A stretch of 64,000 bases of DNA from Oopsacas minuta (taxonomy: Eukaryota; Animalia; Porifera): NCBI GenBank assembly GCA_024704765.1, contig JAKMXF010000088.1, positions 310,001 through 374,000 of the forward strand, given 5' to 3'. Position 1 is the stretch's first letter; every line of letters starts with the position of its first letter. The position numbers and the translations under genes were made by a program. This document shows positions 12,700 to 24,506 of this stretch, piece by piece. The notes under the pieces are model-generated. The model did no database searches and had not been told where the DNA came from. It worked only from the letters and a program-made list of their open reading frames with translations.

Positions 12700-13161
12700 T
12701 ATTTAAGTGTACCACTAATCCGCATGCATATAATGAATGTCTAACTAATTCCAAACCTATCAGTATTATAATGAAATTACAAACCTATCAGTGTTATAAT
12801 GAAATTACAAACCTATCAGTATTATAATGAAATTACAAACCTATCAGTATTATAGTGAAATTACAAACCTATCAGTATTATAATGAAATTACAAACCTAT
12901 CAGTATTATAATGAAATTACAAACCATATTCTTATTTGGGAAATTCTTCATAATATTGTATAGATTAATACGACGGTACTCTTGTAAGGGACCTGTTAAA
13001 TTTCTGATATAATAGCCATTTATAATGAATATAATAAGGCAGAATTATTAATAAGAACACCAGTATTGGAAGAGTTGATGATGTAATCCCAATTTCAATT
13101 TGTTCCTTATATTCCATAGCTGTTATAATTGTATATACGTAAGTACTCTGTTCTAAGAGTG
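12700..13161 (-). pseudogene. 5'-part pseudogene copy A of the orphan 7TM gene family
   Basis: Reverse strand encodes MEYKEQIEIGITSSTLPILVFLLIILPYYIHYKWLLYQK, homologous to 18294-19367. It has a frameshift and an internal tandem amplification. Confidence 0.85.
12753..12925. repeat. Tandem array of six 28-bp units (AAACCTATCAGTATTATAATGAAATTAC)
   Basis: Units start at 12753, 12781, 12809, 12837, 12865 and 12893, followed by AAACC. Units 2 and 4 each carry one substitution. There are no spacers. Confidence 0.97.
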
Positions 13162-13435
13162 TAGTTGATAACTAACAAAACTTGCGAAAATATCTAACAG
13201 AATTTATGAAATGCAGAATTGTGCTCTACCAAACTACAAAAGTCTAAAAAGAATTAAATTAATCAAAGTTGAATTAGACAACCCAATACCAATTTTAACG
13301 GAATAATGACCGAACCGAACAAATTGGTTATTCAACCAAATGTTAAATATGTACTGATATTTCGTAATAGATTACAAACCTCAATAATTACCAAAAATAA
13401 TATATTACTCACTAATTCTTGTATTCTATAAGGAA

Positions 13436-14707
13436 TTAGAAGAATTGTAGACAAGCAGTATTCTTCTCACACACAACTATAATGTGTCCTGTGTTGTCTA
13501 GCACTATTCCGTATGGACCATTGAACTCCCCGATACCCTGACCATTCTTTCCAAACTTGTGTATCTGTTTTCCTTCTTGATTGAATACGTATACACAGTC
13601 ATTACTGTAGTCACTCATAATAATGTTATACTCTCTATCTAAGTCGAAACAGAAGGGAATATTTGTTTGTTTACCACCACCTCTAGTTATCAGTCTGTTG
13701 GTTAGAACGTGATCTGAATTGAATACAAACATACACGGATCACTCTCATCTAGCACTAATACTCTGTCTCTTGTTACTTTAACATCACGTGGTTTGTTAA
13801 ACACTCCTATTCCTAGCATGGAATGGAACTTGAGTTCTTGAGTTAGGATTTGAACTCTATCATTATAATAATCACATACATACACATTTCTATTTCTGTC
13901 AGATACATCTAGACCAAGAGGACCATTGAACTGAGTTTCTCCATTCCCTTCACTACCAACACTCTTGATTAGTTTCCCTTCTAGCTCGTACATATTAATG
14001 CAATTACCATTCCATTGTGTAACAAACACTTTATTCTGAGATATACAGATACCCATTGGATTATCCATCTTCTCACTGAACATGAAGAGATAGTCTCCGT
14101 TACAGCTAAATACTTGTACACGATGGTTGTCTTTATCAGCTATGTAAATGTTTCCTGTTTGATAATATACTGCTATACTTCTGGGAGTGTTCAGTTCTCC
14201 AGGAGCTTTCTTGTCAGAAGATTTCTTACAGCAGTAAGCAGTAGGCAGCTGTTTAGCCTTGTAGTCAGGTACAACGGGCTTCACTTGAGGAGGGAAAGTG
14301 CGGGTGGGAGATATGTTAGTTTCACCATTAAGCTTGATACTCCCTAACTGATCTATGTCAGTCTCGAATAGATTGTCCCACTCAAACTCAATGCTACTAT
14401 CTGTCTCAGCTGTTAGTTCTGTAATCTTATTGTCGATAGCTGAACGAATTATTTGATTAGTATCTGTGAGATTATTCGAAGTCAAAGTATCTGTGCTCAA
14501 TGCATGTACTTTATTCAAAGCTTCCAATGATTTGTGTAGTTCCTGAGTTTTGATATTGTACTCTTTCTCAATTTCATCAATACGAGAGAGGAGGTTATTC
14601 TCTCTCACTCGTAGAGCTTCATGTGACCTCTTGAAGCTGTTTTCAATCCTCTTTCTACTCTCTTTCACCTGTTCGATAAACTTTCTATTTCCTTGCACGC
14701 TAGCCAT
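13436..14707 (-). CDS. Coiled-coil + six-bladed NHL-repeat protein, copy 1 (intronless, no RING/B-box)
   Basis: 423 aa ORF with an N-terminal helical/coiled-coil region and six NHL blades (e.g. LNTPRSIAV..NIYIADKDNHRVQVF, FNGPLGLDV..NVYVCDYYNDRVQIL). Confidence 0.92.
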   Translation of the reverse strand: MASVQGNRKFIEQVKESRKRIENSFKRSHEALRVRENNLLSRIDEIEKEYNIKTQELHKSLEALNKVHALSTDTLTSNNLTDTNQIIRSAIDNKITELTAETDSSIEFEWDNLFETDIDQLGSIKLNGETNISPTRTFPPQVKPVVPDYKAKQLPTAYCCKKSSDKKAPGELNTPRSIAVYYQTGNIYIADKDNHRVQVFSCNGDYLFMFSEKMDNPMGICISQNKVFVTQWNGNCINMYELEGKLIKSVGSEGNGETQFNGPLGLDVSDRNRNVYVCDYYNDRVQILTQELKFHSMLGIGVFNKPRDVKVTRDRVLVLDESDPCMFVFNSDHVLTNRLITRGGGKQTNIPFCFDLDREYNIIMSDYSNDCVYVFNQEGKQIHKFGKNGQGIGEFNGPYGIVLDNTGHIIVVCEKNTACLQFF

Positions 14708-15605
14708 TACTTATCCTATTCTATTCAATTTCATAAACACACAATGTATAAGTATAATATATTAGAGATAAATGGAAGCATACAAATACATCTGAATAGA
14801 ATAATTACGTATTTAGGTTTCTATTTCAAATTTCAATTATACATCTCCTACATCCTGGTAAATATGATACTCATGAAATAAATAAATACGGAGTCCCCAG
14901 TATCTAGTATCTAGCATATACACTAAAAGACAAATAAATATTTCATTTGGGGTCCCTTTGTAGCATCGGACCCTTGGGTTCGTGCAGTATGTTTCCAGGG
15001 AATATATGTTTACTTGGATCAAAGAATTACACCTAGCACATATAAACGTATTAAATCAAATACAAATGCAAAAGCTAATACGATTTAGTAATCACCAAAT
15101 GAAAGAAAATTCTAACACAAATATGAGAATTATTATTAAAAATATTTCTATCATAAATTACCTAACTCCCTCTATACGTACTTATCTTGATTGAAATAAA
15201 TGTTGCCGAAACACACGTTATTTGTCAAATTATTCTGTCTTTTGTGTACAAATACAATTACTTAATCGGACCCAACCTTGATATAAGTATCATACACAGG
15301 TATATATCCCTAAAATTATCTTATAATAAACATAATACTATTATTTATTTTAATGATAATCCCCAATATATTTTCAGAAGTTATTGTAAGATTCACCCTT
15401 TTCATAACATTAGCATGTGCTCTGAATGCTGATGTGAAAAAAGGCAATTCTTACATAGTAAATTAACAAACTAGGAAATATTTCAAAACCTTGTGAAAAT
15501 ACAATTCAGTGTAAATGCTTTTGTTCAAAATAATTTATATAAAATGTATTAAAATGCTAATTAAAGAGGTTAATATACTGACTGGTGTAGTGAAATATAA
15601 ACAGG

Positions 15606-16130
15606 CACTCTTAGAACAGAGTACTTACGTATATACAATTATAACAGCTATGGAATATAAGGAACAAATTGAAATTGGGATTACATCATCAACTCTTCCA
15701 ATACTGGTGTTCTTATTAATAATTCTGCCTTATTATATTCATTATAAATGGCTATTATATCAGAAATTTAACAGGTCCCTTTACAAGAGTACCGTCGTAT
15801 TAATCTATACAATATTATGAAGAATTTCCCAAATTAAGAATATGGTTTGTAATTTGATTATAATACTGATAGGTTTGGAATTAGTTAGACAGTCATTATA
15901 TGCATGCGGATTTGTAGTACACTATATTTCTATGATAAAACGCACAAATTACTTAATACAGAAGGAAAGCAAAATGTGGAAAACGTAGCTAAAGAGACAT
16001 TAGATATTTTCGTAGGAATTCAGCTAATGATAATACCAACAGTCAGCATAATGCTGAGAATACTACCACTAGCATACTACAATTATCCCTATAGAGATGG
16101 AGTGTATTTATTGTGTATAGAGCAATTATA
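15606..16130 (+). pseudogene. Pseudogene copy B of the orphan 7TM gene family, fused to the upstream flank of NHL copy 2
   Basis: Shows ITSSTLPILVFLLIILPYYIHYKWLLYQK and QLMIIPTVSIMLRILPLAYYNYPYRD in different frames. Inverted near-identity with 12700-13161. Confidence 0.85.
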
Positions 16131-16213
16131 TGTATTTGTATGCTACCATTTATCTCTAATATATTATACTTATACATTGTGTGTTTATGAAATTGAATAG
16201 AATAGGATAAGTA

Positions 16214-17479
16214 ATGGCTAGCGTGCAAGGAAATAGAAAGTTTATCGAACAGGTGAAAGAGAGTAGAAAGAGGATTGAAAACAGCTTCAAGAGGTCACAT
16301 GAAGCTCTACGAGTGAGAGAGAGTAACCTCCTCTCTCGTATTGATGAAATTGAGAAAGAGTACAATATCAAAACTCAGGAACTACACAAATCATTGGAAG
16401 CTTTGAATAAAGTACATGCATTGAGCACAGATACTTTGACTTCGAATAATCTCACAGATACTAATCAAATAATTCGTTCAGCTATCGACAATAAGATTAC
16501 AGAACTAACAGCTGAAACAGATAGTAGCATTGAGTTTGAGTGGGACAATCTATTCGAGACTGACATAGAACAGCTAGGGAGTATCAAGCTTAATGGTGAG
16601 ACTAACATATCTCCCACCCGCACCTTCCCTCCTCAAGTAAAGCATGTTGTACCTGACTACAAGGCTAAACAGCTGCCTACTGCTTACTGCTGTAAGAAAT
16701 CTTCTGACAAGAAAGCTCCTGGAGAACTGAACACTCCCAGTAGTATAGCAGTACATTATCAAACAGGAAACATTTACATAGCTGATGAAAACAACCATCG
16801 TGTACAAGTATTTAGCTGTAACGGAGACTTCATGTTCAGTGATAAGATGGATAAACCAAGAGGTATCTGTATATCTCAGAATAAAGTGTTTGTTACACAA
16901 TGGAATGGTAATTGCATTAATATGTACGAGCTAGAAGGGAAACTAATCAAGAGTGTTGGTAGTGAAGGGAATGGAGAAACTCAGTTCAATCGTCCTCACG
17001 GTCTAGATGTATCTGACAGAAATAGAAATGTGTATGTATGTGATTACAATAATGATAGAGTTCAAATCCTAACTCAAGAACTCAAGTTCCATTCCATGCT
17101 AGGAATAGGAGTGTTTAACCATCCACATGACGTTAAAGTTACAAGAGACAAAGTATTGGTGCTAGATGAGAGTGATCCGTGTATGTTTGTATTCAATTCA
17201 GACCACGTTCTAACCAACAGACTGATAACTAGAGGTGGTGGTAAACAAACAAATATTTCCTTTTGTTTCGACTTAGACAGAGAGTATAACATTATTATGA
17301 GTGACTGCTTTAATAACTGTGTATACATATTCAATCAGAAAGGAGAACAGATACACAAGTTTGGAAAGAATGGTCAGGGTATCGGGGAGTTCAATGGTCC
17401 ATACGGAATAGTGCTAGACAACACAGGACACATTATAGTTGTATGTGAGAAGAATACTGCTTGTCTACAATTCTTCTAA
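16214..17479 (+). CDS. Coiled-coil + NHL-repeat protein, copy 2
   Basis: 421 aa, near-identical to copy 1, with a 2-codon deletion (YL) after blade 1. About 190 bp of downstream flank is also shared with copy 1. Confidence 0.92.
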   Translation: MASVQGNRKFIEQVKESRKRIENSFKRSHEALRVRESNLLSRIDEIEKEYNIKTQELHKSLEALNKVHALSTDTLTSNNLTDTNQIIRSAIDNKITELTAETDSSIEFEWDNLFETDIEQLGSIKLNGETNISPTRTFPPQVKHVVPDYKAKQLPTAYCCKKSSDKKAPGELNTPSSIAVHYQTGNIYIADENNHRVQVFSCNGDFMFSDKMDKPRGICISQNKVFVTQWNGNCINMYELEGKLIKSVGSEGNGETQFNRPHGLDVSDRNRNVYVCDYNNDRVQILTQELKFHSMLGIGVFNHPHDVKVTRDKVLVLDESDPCMFVFNSDHVLTNRLITRGGGKQTNISFCFDLDREYNIIMSDCFNNCVYIFNQKGEQIHKFGKNGQGIGEFNGPYGIVLDNTGHIIVVCEKNTACLQFF

Positions 17480-18293
17480 TTCCTTATAGAATACAAGGAT
17501 TAGTGATTATTTTGTGATTAGTTAGGTTTGTAATCTATTACGAAATATCAGTACATATTTGACATTTGGTTGAATAACCAATTTGTTCGGTTCTGCCATT
17601 ATTTCGTTAAATTGGTAATCGGTTGTCTAATTCAACTGATTAATTAAAAGTTGATCTGTTTTATGCCAGAAGCACACAACCATGGATACATAGTATCCAA
17701 GTACAAGCTAGTTTAACACTAGTATTTAGACAGAATATTTGTTTAACTCAGATGTCATGACGTTACGCTACCTAACCTGATGTCCTGCTACTTAATCGTC
17801 AGCTAAGCATCGCTTTATTGCATTGACATAAAAGTATATGTTACTCAGCAAAGAAATATCTTGCGGTTGGTCATTGGAACCAATATACAGTACTTACTCT
17901 AGTGCCTGGTATTTGGAGATTCAATACTATAATACCCTAGAATAATCGCTGAGAGCCGTATTCCGGTGTCATAGGGAATCCTGTTCCTCCGAATGTTTCC
18001 CCTTGTTGAATATTCTTCACAAGTGAATGACCCGCAATTAAAAGGATAGTTTTAATTAAACAAAACTATTTCATACATTTTATAGCCGGAATATTCGGAA
18101 CCCTAAAGTATAGCTTTTTATAGGCCCGAAGTGAGAGTCTCAAACTATACTCGGGCAGGGCTAGAGACCTCTACTAGTTAAAAATGGCTCAATGTATATT
18201 ACTATATATTTTTCACAATTATTTAATAGATACCCATATGTAAATAACAAATATTCACTACAAATACGATATTAATCGAATCATCTTATGTAA

Positions 18294-19367
18294 TTATGAA
18301 TTCTTTAGAGTACTGTGGTAGATTGCGATTATAGGAGCTATTGATTTATTAATGCTACGGAAATCCCTACATCTAACTAATATGTTATTAATAACTATTA
18401 CGAATACACCTAGATATATCAGGTTATATAATACCTGATGGAGAATGGCAAATCCGTAAAACCCAATGTAGAATATATATGTGAATATCACGTGTATTGT
18501 ATTGTGTGCAGAAGCATCAAGATACGGTGAGTCTATTTCAAAGGTAAAACCTTCGAAATCCAACGTCCATCTTAATTCGAGTACCAACACAATTGTCGTT
18601 AGTAGAATTTCTGAAAATGCTTTTATAATTAAAGTAGCTGAGGTTATTCCGAATAATATTGAAGTGAATAGGAACTGAAATTGAACCTGAGTTTTCTCTC
18701 TGTAATCCTCTGGTGTAGAATGCCATATAGCTTCTATTCTTCTTCCTTTTAATACCAAATAGAATCTCCTTGCATAATACCAATACATAACCCAGTCTGT
18801 TAAGTAGATGCAGAACCTGAAATAATTTGGTATTGTATTCCAAATAAATGGGACATGACTTAGCATTAAGTAAACAGCTGATCGATACACAATATACACA
18901 CTCCATCTCTTTACAATATCTCTATAGGGATAATTGTAGTATGCTAGTGGTAGTATTCTCAGTATTATGCTGACTGTTGGTACTATCATTAGCTGTACAA
19001 TAACTGACATGGATAACATCTCTCGCGTAACATTCCATACGATTACTTCTGCTTCCTGGTTAATTTCAAATCTTATCGGCGTTAAACTTACAATTCTGTA
19101 AGCAAATCCACAAAAGTATAGAGTATGCTTTAACAATTCCAAACCTATCAGTATTAAAATGAAATTACAAACCATATTCTTAGTTTGTAAATTCTTCATA
19201 ATATTGTATAGATCAATACGACGGTACTCTTGAAAAGGGACCTGTTTCATTTTCTGATATAATAGCCATTTATAATGAATATAATAAGGCAGAATTATTA
19301 ATAAGAACACCAGTATTGGAAGAGTTGATGATGTAATCGCTATATAAAATTTTTCTACTAATTTCAT
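18294..19367 (-). CDS. Orphan multi-pass (about 7 TM) membrane protein, intronless
   Basis: 357 aa ORF with seven hydrophobic segments and a charged loop (RRFYLVLKGRRIEAIWHSTPEDYREK) between segments 5 and 6. No family motif recognised. Confidence 0.8.
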   Translation of the reverse strand: MKLVEKFYIAITSSTLPILVFLLIILPYYIHYKWLLYQKMKQVPFQEYRRIDLYNIMKNLQTKNMVCNFILILIGLELLKHTLYFCGFAYRIVSLTPIRFEINQEAEVIVWNVTREMLSMSVIVQLMIVPTVSIILRILPLAYYNYPYRDIVKRWSVYIVYRSAVYLMLSHVPFIWNTIPNYFRFCIYLTDWVMYWYYARRFYLVLKGRRIEAIWHSTPEDYREKTQVQFQFLFTSILFGITSATLIIKAFSEILLTTIVLVLELRWTLDFEGFTFEIDSPYLDASAHNTIHVIFTYIFYIGFYGFAILHQVLYNLIYLGVFVIVINNILVRCRDFRSINKSIAPIIAIYHSTLKNS

Positions 19368-20521
19368 ATTGTTCTCTAAACATGTGCACTCCTGTTTACT
19401 AACTGTTACTATCTATTTATACCATCTTAGCTAATATTCTATCCTTGATTAGGTTATATGAAATAAGATATATTTTGCGTGGTTTGTAACCAAAATTTCC
19501 TATTTTAATATTAGATAATACTTATAATACAGCTTGTTAGCGTGCCATATAATCCTGTTAATACTATCTGAAATTATTGAAAGAGGAAAATATATACGTA
19601 TATTCCCCGAGAAAATGCATGTGTGTATGTCGATGAGAAATTCTAGTATATATATATGTATATATATATATCAACTTTGGGAAAGTGTTTACGGTCTATA
19701 TTTGTGTAATCATGTGCTTCTATCATAATTGCAAATTGAAATACGTAATTATATTTCTTCTTTATTAGAATTTAGAAATAACTAACTATTATTGTGAAAG
19801 TATTGTTCATTTTAATTGACATAGTTTACTCATTTTACGGAGTATATACATGTTTGCTAACCCTCCCCGGGTTCCCTATATTATCCGTGATTTACAATAA
19901 ATCCACTGAAAATATTCGTAATTTTCTGTTCCTTTTTTCCAAAAAATAAATATTCTTTGATGGATAATGGTGGAGACATTACTCCTTAAACTTCGAGAGA
20001 CATTTCTTGAAAAATCTAGGGAACTGTTACTTCGACTTAACTTGTCCAGGGGATAGGTTACTTCGTAATGACAATCTTTCGGGAAAAATACTGCCTCAGC
20101 CAGGAATGCAAACTATTATACGATGGAACCTGCATAGACCGACACCTGTATAATCTGAGTGTTTCTGAACTGAAATAGCTTCCAACAATATAAATTCACC
20201 TGTATAATCCGACAATTTGCTAAACCAAGAAAATTTTCATATCCCAGAGTGTTGTTTTTGCAGGTTCCACTCTACATCTCTGATGGTACCAGGCCGGATA
20301 TAGTCACCCACTGTAGTCTGTCCCCCCCCCCCCATCAGTCAAATCCCGGGACAATCCCCGAAATACCGGCGTTCATATAAATTAGAAAATTGCCAAGAGA
20401 TTGTACGTCTACCAAATATGTTTTCACTGAATAGTTATTCATATTAGAAATAATGTATGCATTATTGCTTAGGAATTGAGAGTGATTTAAATAATTAAGT
20501 TACGTAACAGCTGAGAGGTTA

Positions 20522-23500
20522 TTAAAACTCGTCTCTGGTATCTTCCTGGCCTGGAGGTGGTTGTTGACCTCCCTCTTGTTGATAAAGTTTTGATATTATC
20601 GGATTCGTTATTTCTTCCAATTCTTTCTTTTGTTCTCTTAATTCCTCAGTATCAGCTGACGGATTATCTTCCAAAAATTTAATCTTTTCCTCGACTACAT
20701 TTAAAATAGTTTCCTTCTCTTCATCGCTTAGTTTAGCTCCAAGTTTTTCTTTGTCATTAACTTGGTTCTTCAGAGAATACGTTATACTCTCTAATTCGTT
20801 TTTGGCATCGACACGATCTTTAATCTAAAATAATCCGCGATAAATATATAATTTATGGTAATTAAATGTGTATACCGTAAACTGGGGCTACTTTGGCCAA
20901 ATATCAGTTTCAAAGAAACTAGATTAGATTCAGTATTATACTTGAAAATGACTTGCAAAAATTTTAACGAAATTTTTTCAAATATCGATAGACAATTTCG
21001 AATACAAATACAATATCTATTCGACACGTAAGCAAATTTCAATATTTGGGCTAAAGCAAACCCAGTTTACGGTAATACAATGGCCTCGTCCCGAGTAACC
21101 GCGAGGTCTACTGCATAGTTCTGACATTTATTTACCAAATAAACGCGTAATTTATAAACGCACCTTCTTATCTTCTTCAGCAAATACCTCAGCATCTTTG
21201 ATCATTTTCTCTATATCCTCTGGAGTAAGTCTCTCCTGATCATTCGTTATAATAATAGCCTCTTTACTACCAGACCCTTTGTCTTCAGCTGTAACTTTCA
21301 TTATTCCGTTTGTATCAATCTCAAATGTTACTTCTATCTGTGGGACACCTCTTGGTGCTGGTGGAATATCGTTAAGGTTGAATGATCCCAATAAATGATT
21401 GTCTTTAGTCATTGGTCGTTCTCCTTCGTATACCTAGTAACAAATGGAGATGTATATTAAATTTGTTCTACGGTGGACTTTGTACTGCTGGTTCAACTGG
21501 CCTTATGTTTCAAGGCCGGTTGGACCAGTTAACCCACATTTTGGTTGGACTGTACTAATTTCTACACCTTTTTCATGAAGATTTTATTTCTTAGTGTTTT
21601 GGCAGTATTATCGTACATAACATACCTGTATCGTGACCGTAGGCTGATTGTCTGATGCAGTGGAGAATATTTGTGATTTCTTAGTCGGGATAACAGAATT
21701 CCTTTCAATCAAATTTGTCATTACTCCTCCTACAGTCTCAATACCAAGTGTGAGAGGATTAACATCAATAAGTACTATCTTATCTTTATCAACAGCTCCT
21801 GATAGAATACCAGCCTGTACGGCCGCTCCGTATGCTACTGCCTCGTCAGGGTTAATTCCTCGTGAAGGTTCCTAACACAAAGATATATAAAGCAGTATAA
21901 ACTCGCTAATATGAAATTTATCGGTTCCCTCTTATAGTAGACTCGTAGGACAATAATAAATTCAAATTTGACACATTCGAAATGCGAAACAGTTTTATTT
22001 ATATCTGCTAAATTCACATACAGTGGAACTAGCTATTTCCAATACAAAAGGACTTTAAGTCAATGAAAAATATTATGCGGATATTGCTAATAGGAGAAAT
22101 ACTAATTGCAAATAACTGTATCAATGTAATTACCTTTCCATTGAAGAATTCTTTTACCAATTGTTGTACCTTTGGTATACGAGTAGAACCGCCGACCAAT
22201 ACAACCTCATCTACTTCTCTCTTTTCAATATCTGAATCATCTAACACGTGTTGAACTGGTTTTAAAGTAGAACGGAAAAGATCTGCGTTCAATTCTTCGA
22301 ATCGAGCTCTTGTTAGAGTTTCAGAAAAGTCCTCTCCTTCAAATAATGATTCTACCTCAATTCTTGCTTGGTGCTGTGTTGAGAGAGCTCGCTTGGCCTT
22401 TTCAACCTATTTAATAATACAGTCAACTCCCATTATATCTAAGCTTAAGGGACCACAATAATTACTTCGACATAACTAATGAAATGTACGTTACTTTGAC
22501 GGTTTGGGACTATAATTGTAACACAAGCATTAGAATTTAGTAATAGAAACTCTCAATTATAATTAAGCGATGGAGGGACCCCAAATGTATATTATTCTAT
22601 CTATATTTACGAGGAGTTCACTTTAGAAACTATTTTCCTCTTCATACTTACCAACACCTATTACAAATTTCCCGAGTGTCAATGCCAGATCCCTAGATAT
22701 CATGTTATTCCTCCCCTATTACACCCAAAAAATATCCAGAAATATAGCAAAAAATTAGCGAAATTTCTCGGGAGGGTTGGCAAGTATGCTATTTAAAAGC
22801 CCTATTCTCAATTGCTAGCGACAATTATGTTTCTAATTGAAATGCATGTAAGCTCAAATCTGTGTTAATTTCGTAGTTTTGTGTTAACGAGAATTTACTG
22901 TGTATACAAGGCTATTGTTAATGATAAACTTGTTTCAGTTCCACATTAGATCCACCTGAACATGCGGGCGGTCGGTCGGTTCATTATCATTATCTCATTA
23001 TTTTGTGAGGTATCAGCTGGAATATTGATTCATTGACTTCATTCATAAAAATATTATAATTACTAAAGTCAAATTTGATATGAGAATTAGGCTAGACTAT
23101 GAAAAAGATACTTCTATTGTGTTACTAGCCAGTTTATACACCTTGAGGTGAAATACAGTAGTATATGGTGAAATAATGACAATATTAGTGCGATAGCCAA
23201 ATCAGATGCGGGCGGTGGAGCTGAAACATGTTACTAACTAACAGAGGACTAATGCAACATACCTCTCTCCTCAGTTTTTGAATAGCTCGATTATTCCCTC
23301 GAATATCTTTATTAGTATTCTTCTTAAAAACTTTGATAAAATGATCCATAACCCTCTGATCAAAGTCTTCACCTCCCAAATGAGTATCACCGTTAGTAGC
23401 GATTACTTCAAATACTCCAACGTCAATTGTTAGTAAACTAACATCGAATGTTCCACCACCCAAGTCAAATACTAAGATATTCTTATCTGCTTCCTTCCTT

Positions 23501-24506
23501 TCCAATCCGTATGCGATGGCTGCGGCAGTTGGTTCGTTAATTATACGGATTACGTTAAGACCAGCAATTACACCTAAATAAATTGAATAATTGAATCAAG
23601 AAAGATTTATAGTCAACTCTCGTAATATTAACACGGATATATTGAAATATCAGCTTATATCGAAGATTGTACAAATATGGTCCCAACTGTCAAAGTAATG
23701 TATATTTCATCAGTCATATCGAACATACATCCAAGTAATTATCGCGGTCCCTTTAGCTTCGATATAACGAGAGTTATATCGATATATATGCGTGTAAGAA
23801 ATTTTTTTGTTGGTTTGTGTTCGTATTAACGAGGTAAATACTGTATACAGCAAAATTAGTTATTTAAGCTACCTGCATCTTTAGTAGCCTGTCTCTGAGC
23901 ATCATTGAAATAAGCTGGTACAGTAACAACAGCATGAGTGACTTTATGACCGAGATAAGCCTCAGCTGTCTCTTTCATTTTACCCAGCACCATAGCACTT
24001 ATCTCTTCTGCAGCAAATACCTTCTTTTCGTCTTTGACTGTTACTTCTATGTGTGGTTTGCTGTTCTTCTCTACCATAGTGAAAGGTAGATATTTCTTGT
24101 CTTGTTGTACGGATGGATCACTCCAGGTTCTTCCAATGAGACGCTTTGCATCGAAAATTGTGTTATCTGGATTTGTAGTCAGCTGATTTTTCGCTGCGTC
24201 TCCAATTAGACGTTCTCCTTCAGATGTAAAGGCGACGTAGGACGGAGTAATACGATTACCTATACAGATAAGAATGTATATAAATTATATTATACAAATA
24301 TATGATTATTTTGTTAACCTACCTTGATCATTCGCGATAATTTCAACTCTCCCATTTTTGTAAACTCCAACACACGAGTATGTTGTGCCGAGATCAATTC
24401 CTATGACAGTACCTAAATCTTCTTTCTGAGCATTCACTTGACTGGAAATAGCGAGTATAATAATACAAATGCTCGCAAAGAAATTAATATTCCTAAACCT
24501 TGCCAT
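20522..24506 (-). CDS. HSPA5: ER Hsp70 chaperone BiP/GRP78, 7 exons (24506-24323, 24259-23873, 23573-23263, 22406-22134, 21871-21626, 21433-21164, 20824-20522)
   Basis: Signal peptide followed by [65 protein letters not shown] and [16 protein letters not shown]-terminus is ...QEDTRDEF*. Confidence 0.96.
20873..21074. mobile_element. Tc1/mariner-type MITE (TA|CCGTAAACTGGGG) in the last HSPA5 intron
   Basis: TA-flanked with terminal inverted repeats. Near-identical to 41323-41542, except for a 19-bp deletion in the right TIR between two CCCAGT repeats. Confidence 0.85.
22910..23249. mobile_element. Tourist/PIF-Harbinger-like MITE in HSPA5 intron 3
   Basis: About 340 bp of high identity to 60124-60466 in inverted orientation, with imperfect TIRs containing AAC(A/T)TGTTTCAG(C/T)TCCAC. 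Confidence 0.75.

Noticed and set aside
12753-12925. 28-bp repeats as a CRISPR array
   Set aside because: Units are contiguous with no spacers, there are no cas genes, the context is eukaryotic, and the unit derives from 7TM coding sequence.
14015-14347. Antisense ORFs over the NHL genes (also 16574-16900, 26200-26532) and others over ABCF3, G-alpha and the coiled-coil genes
   Set aside because: Shadow ORFs, conserved only because the sense genes are near-identical; no independent features.
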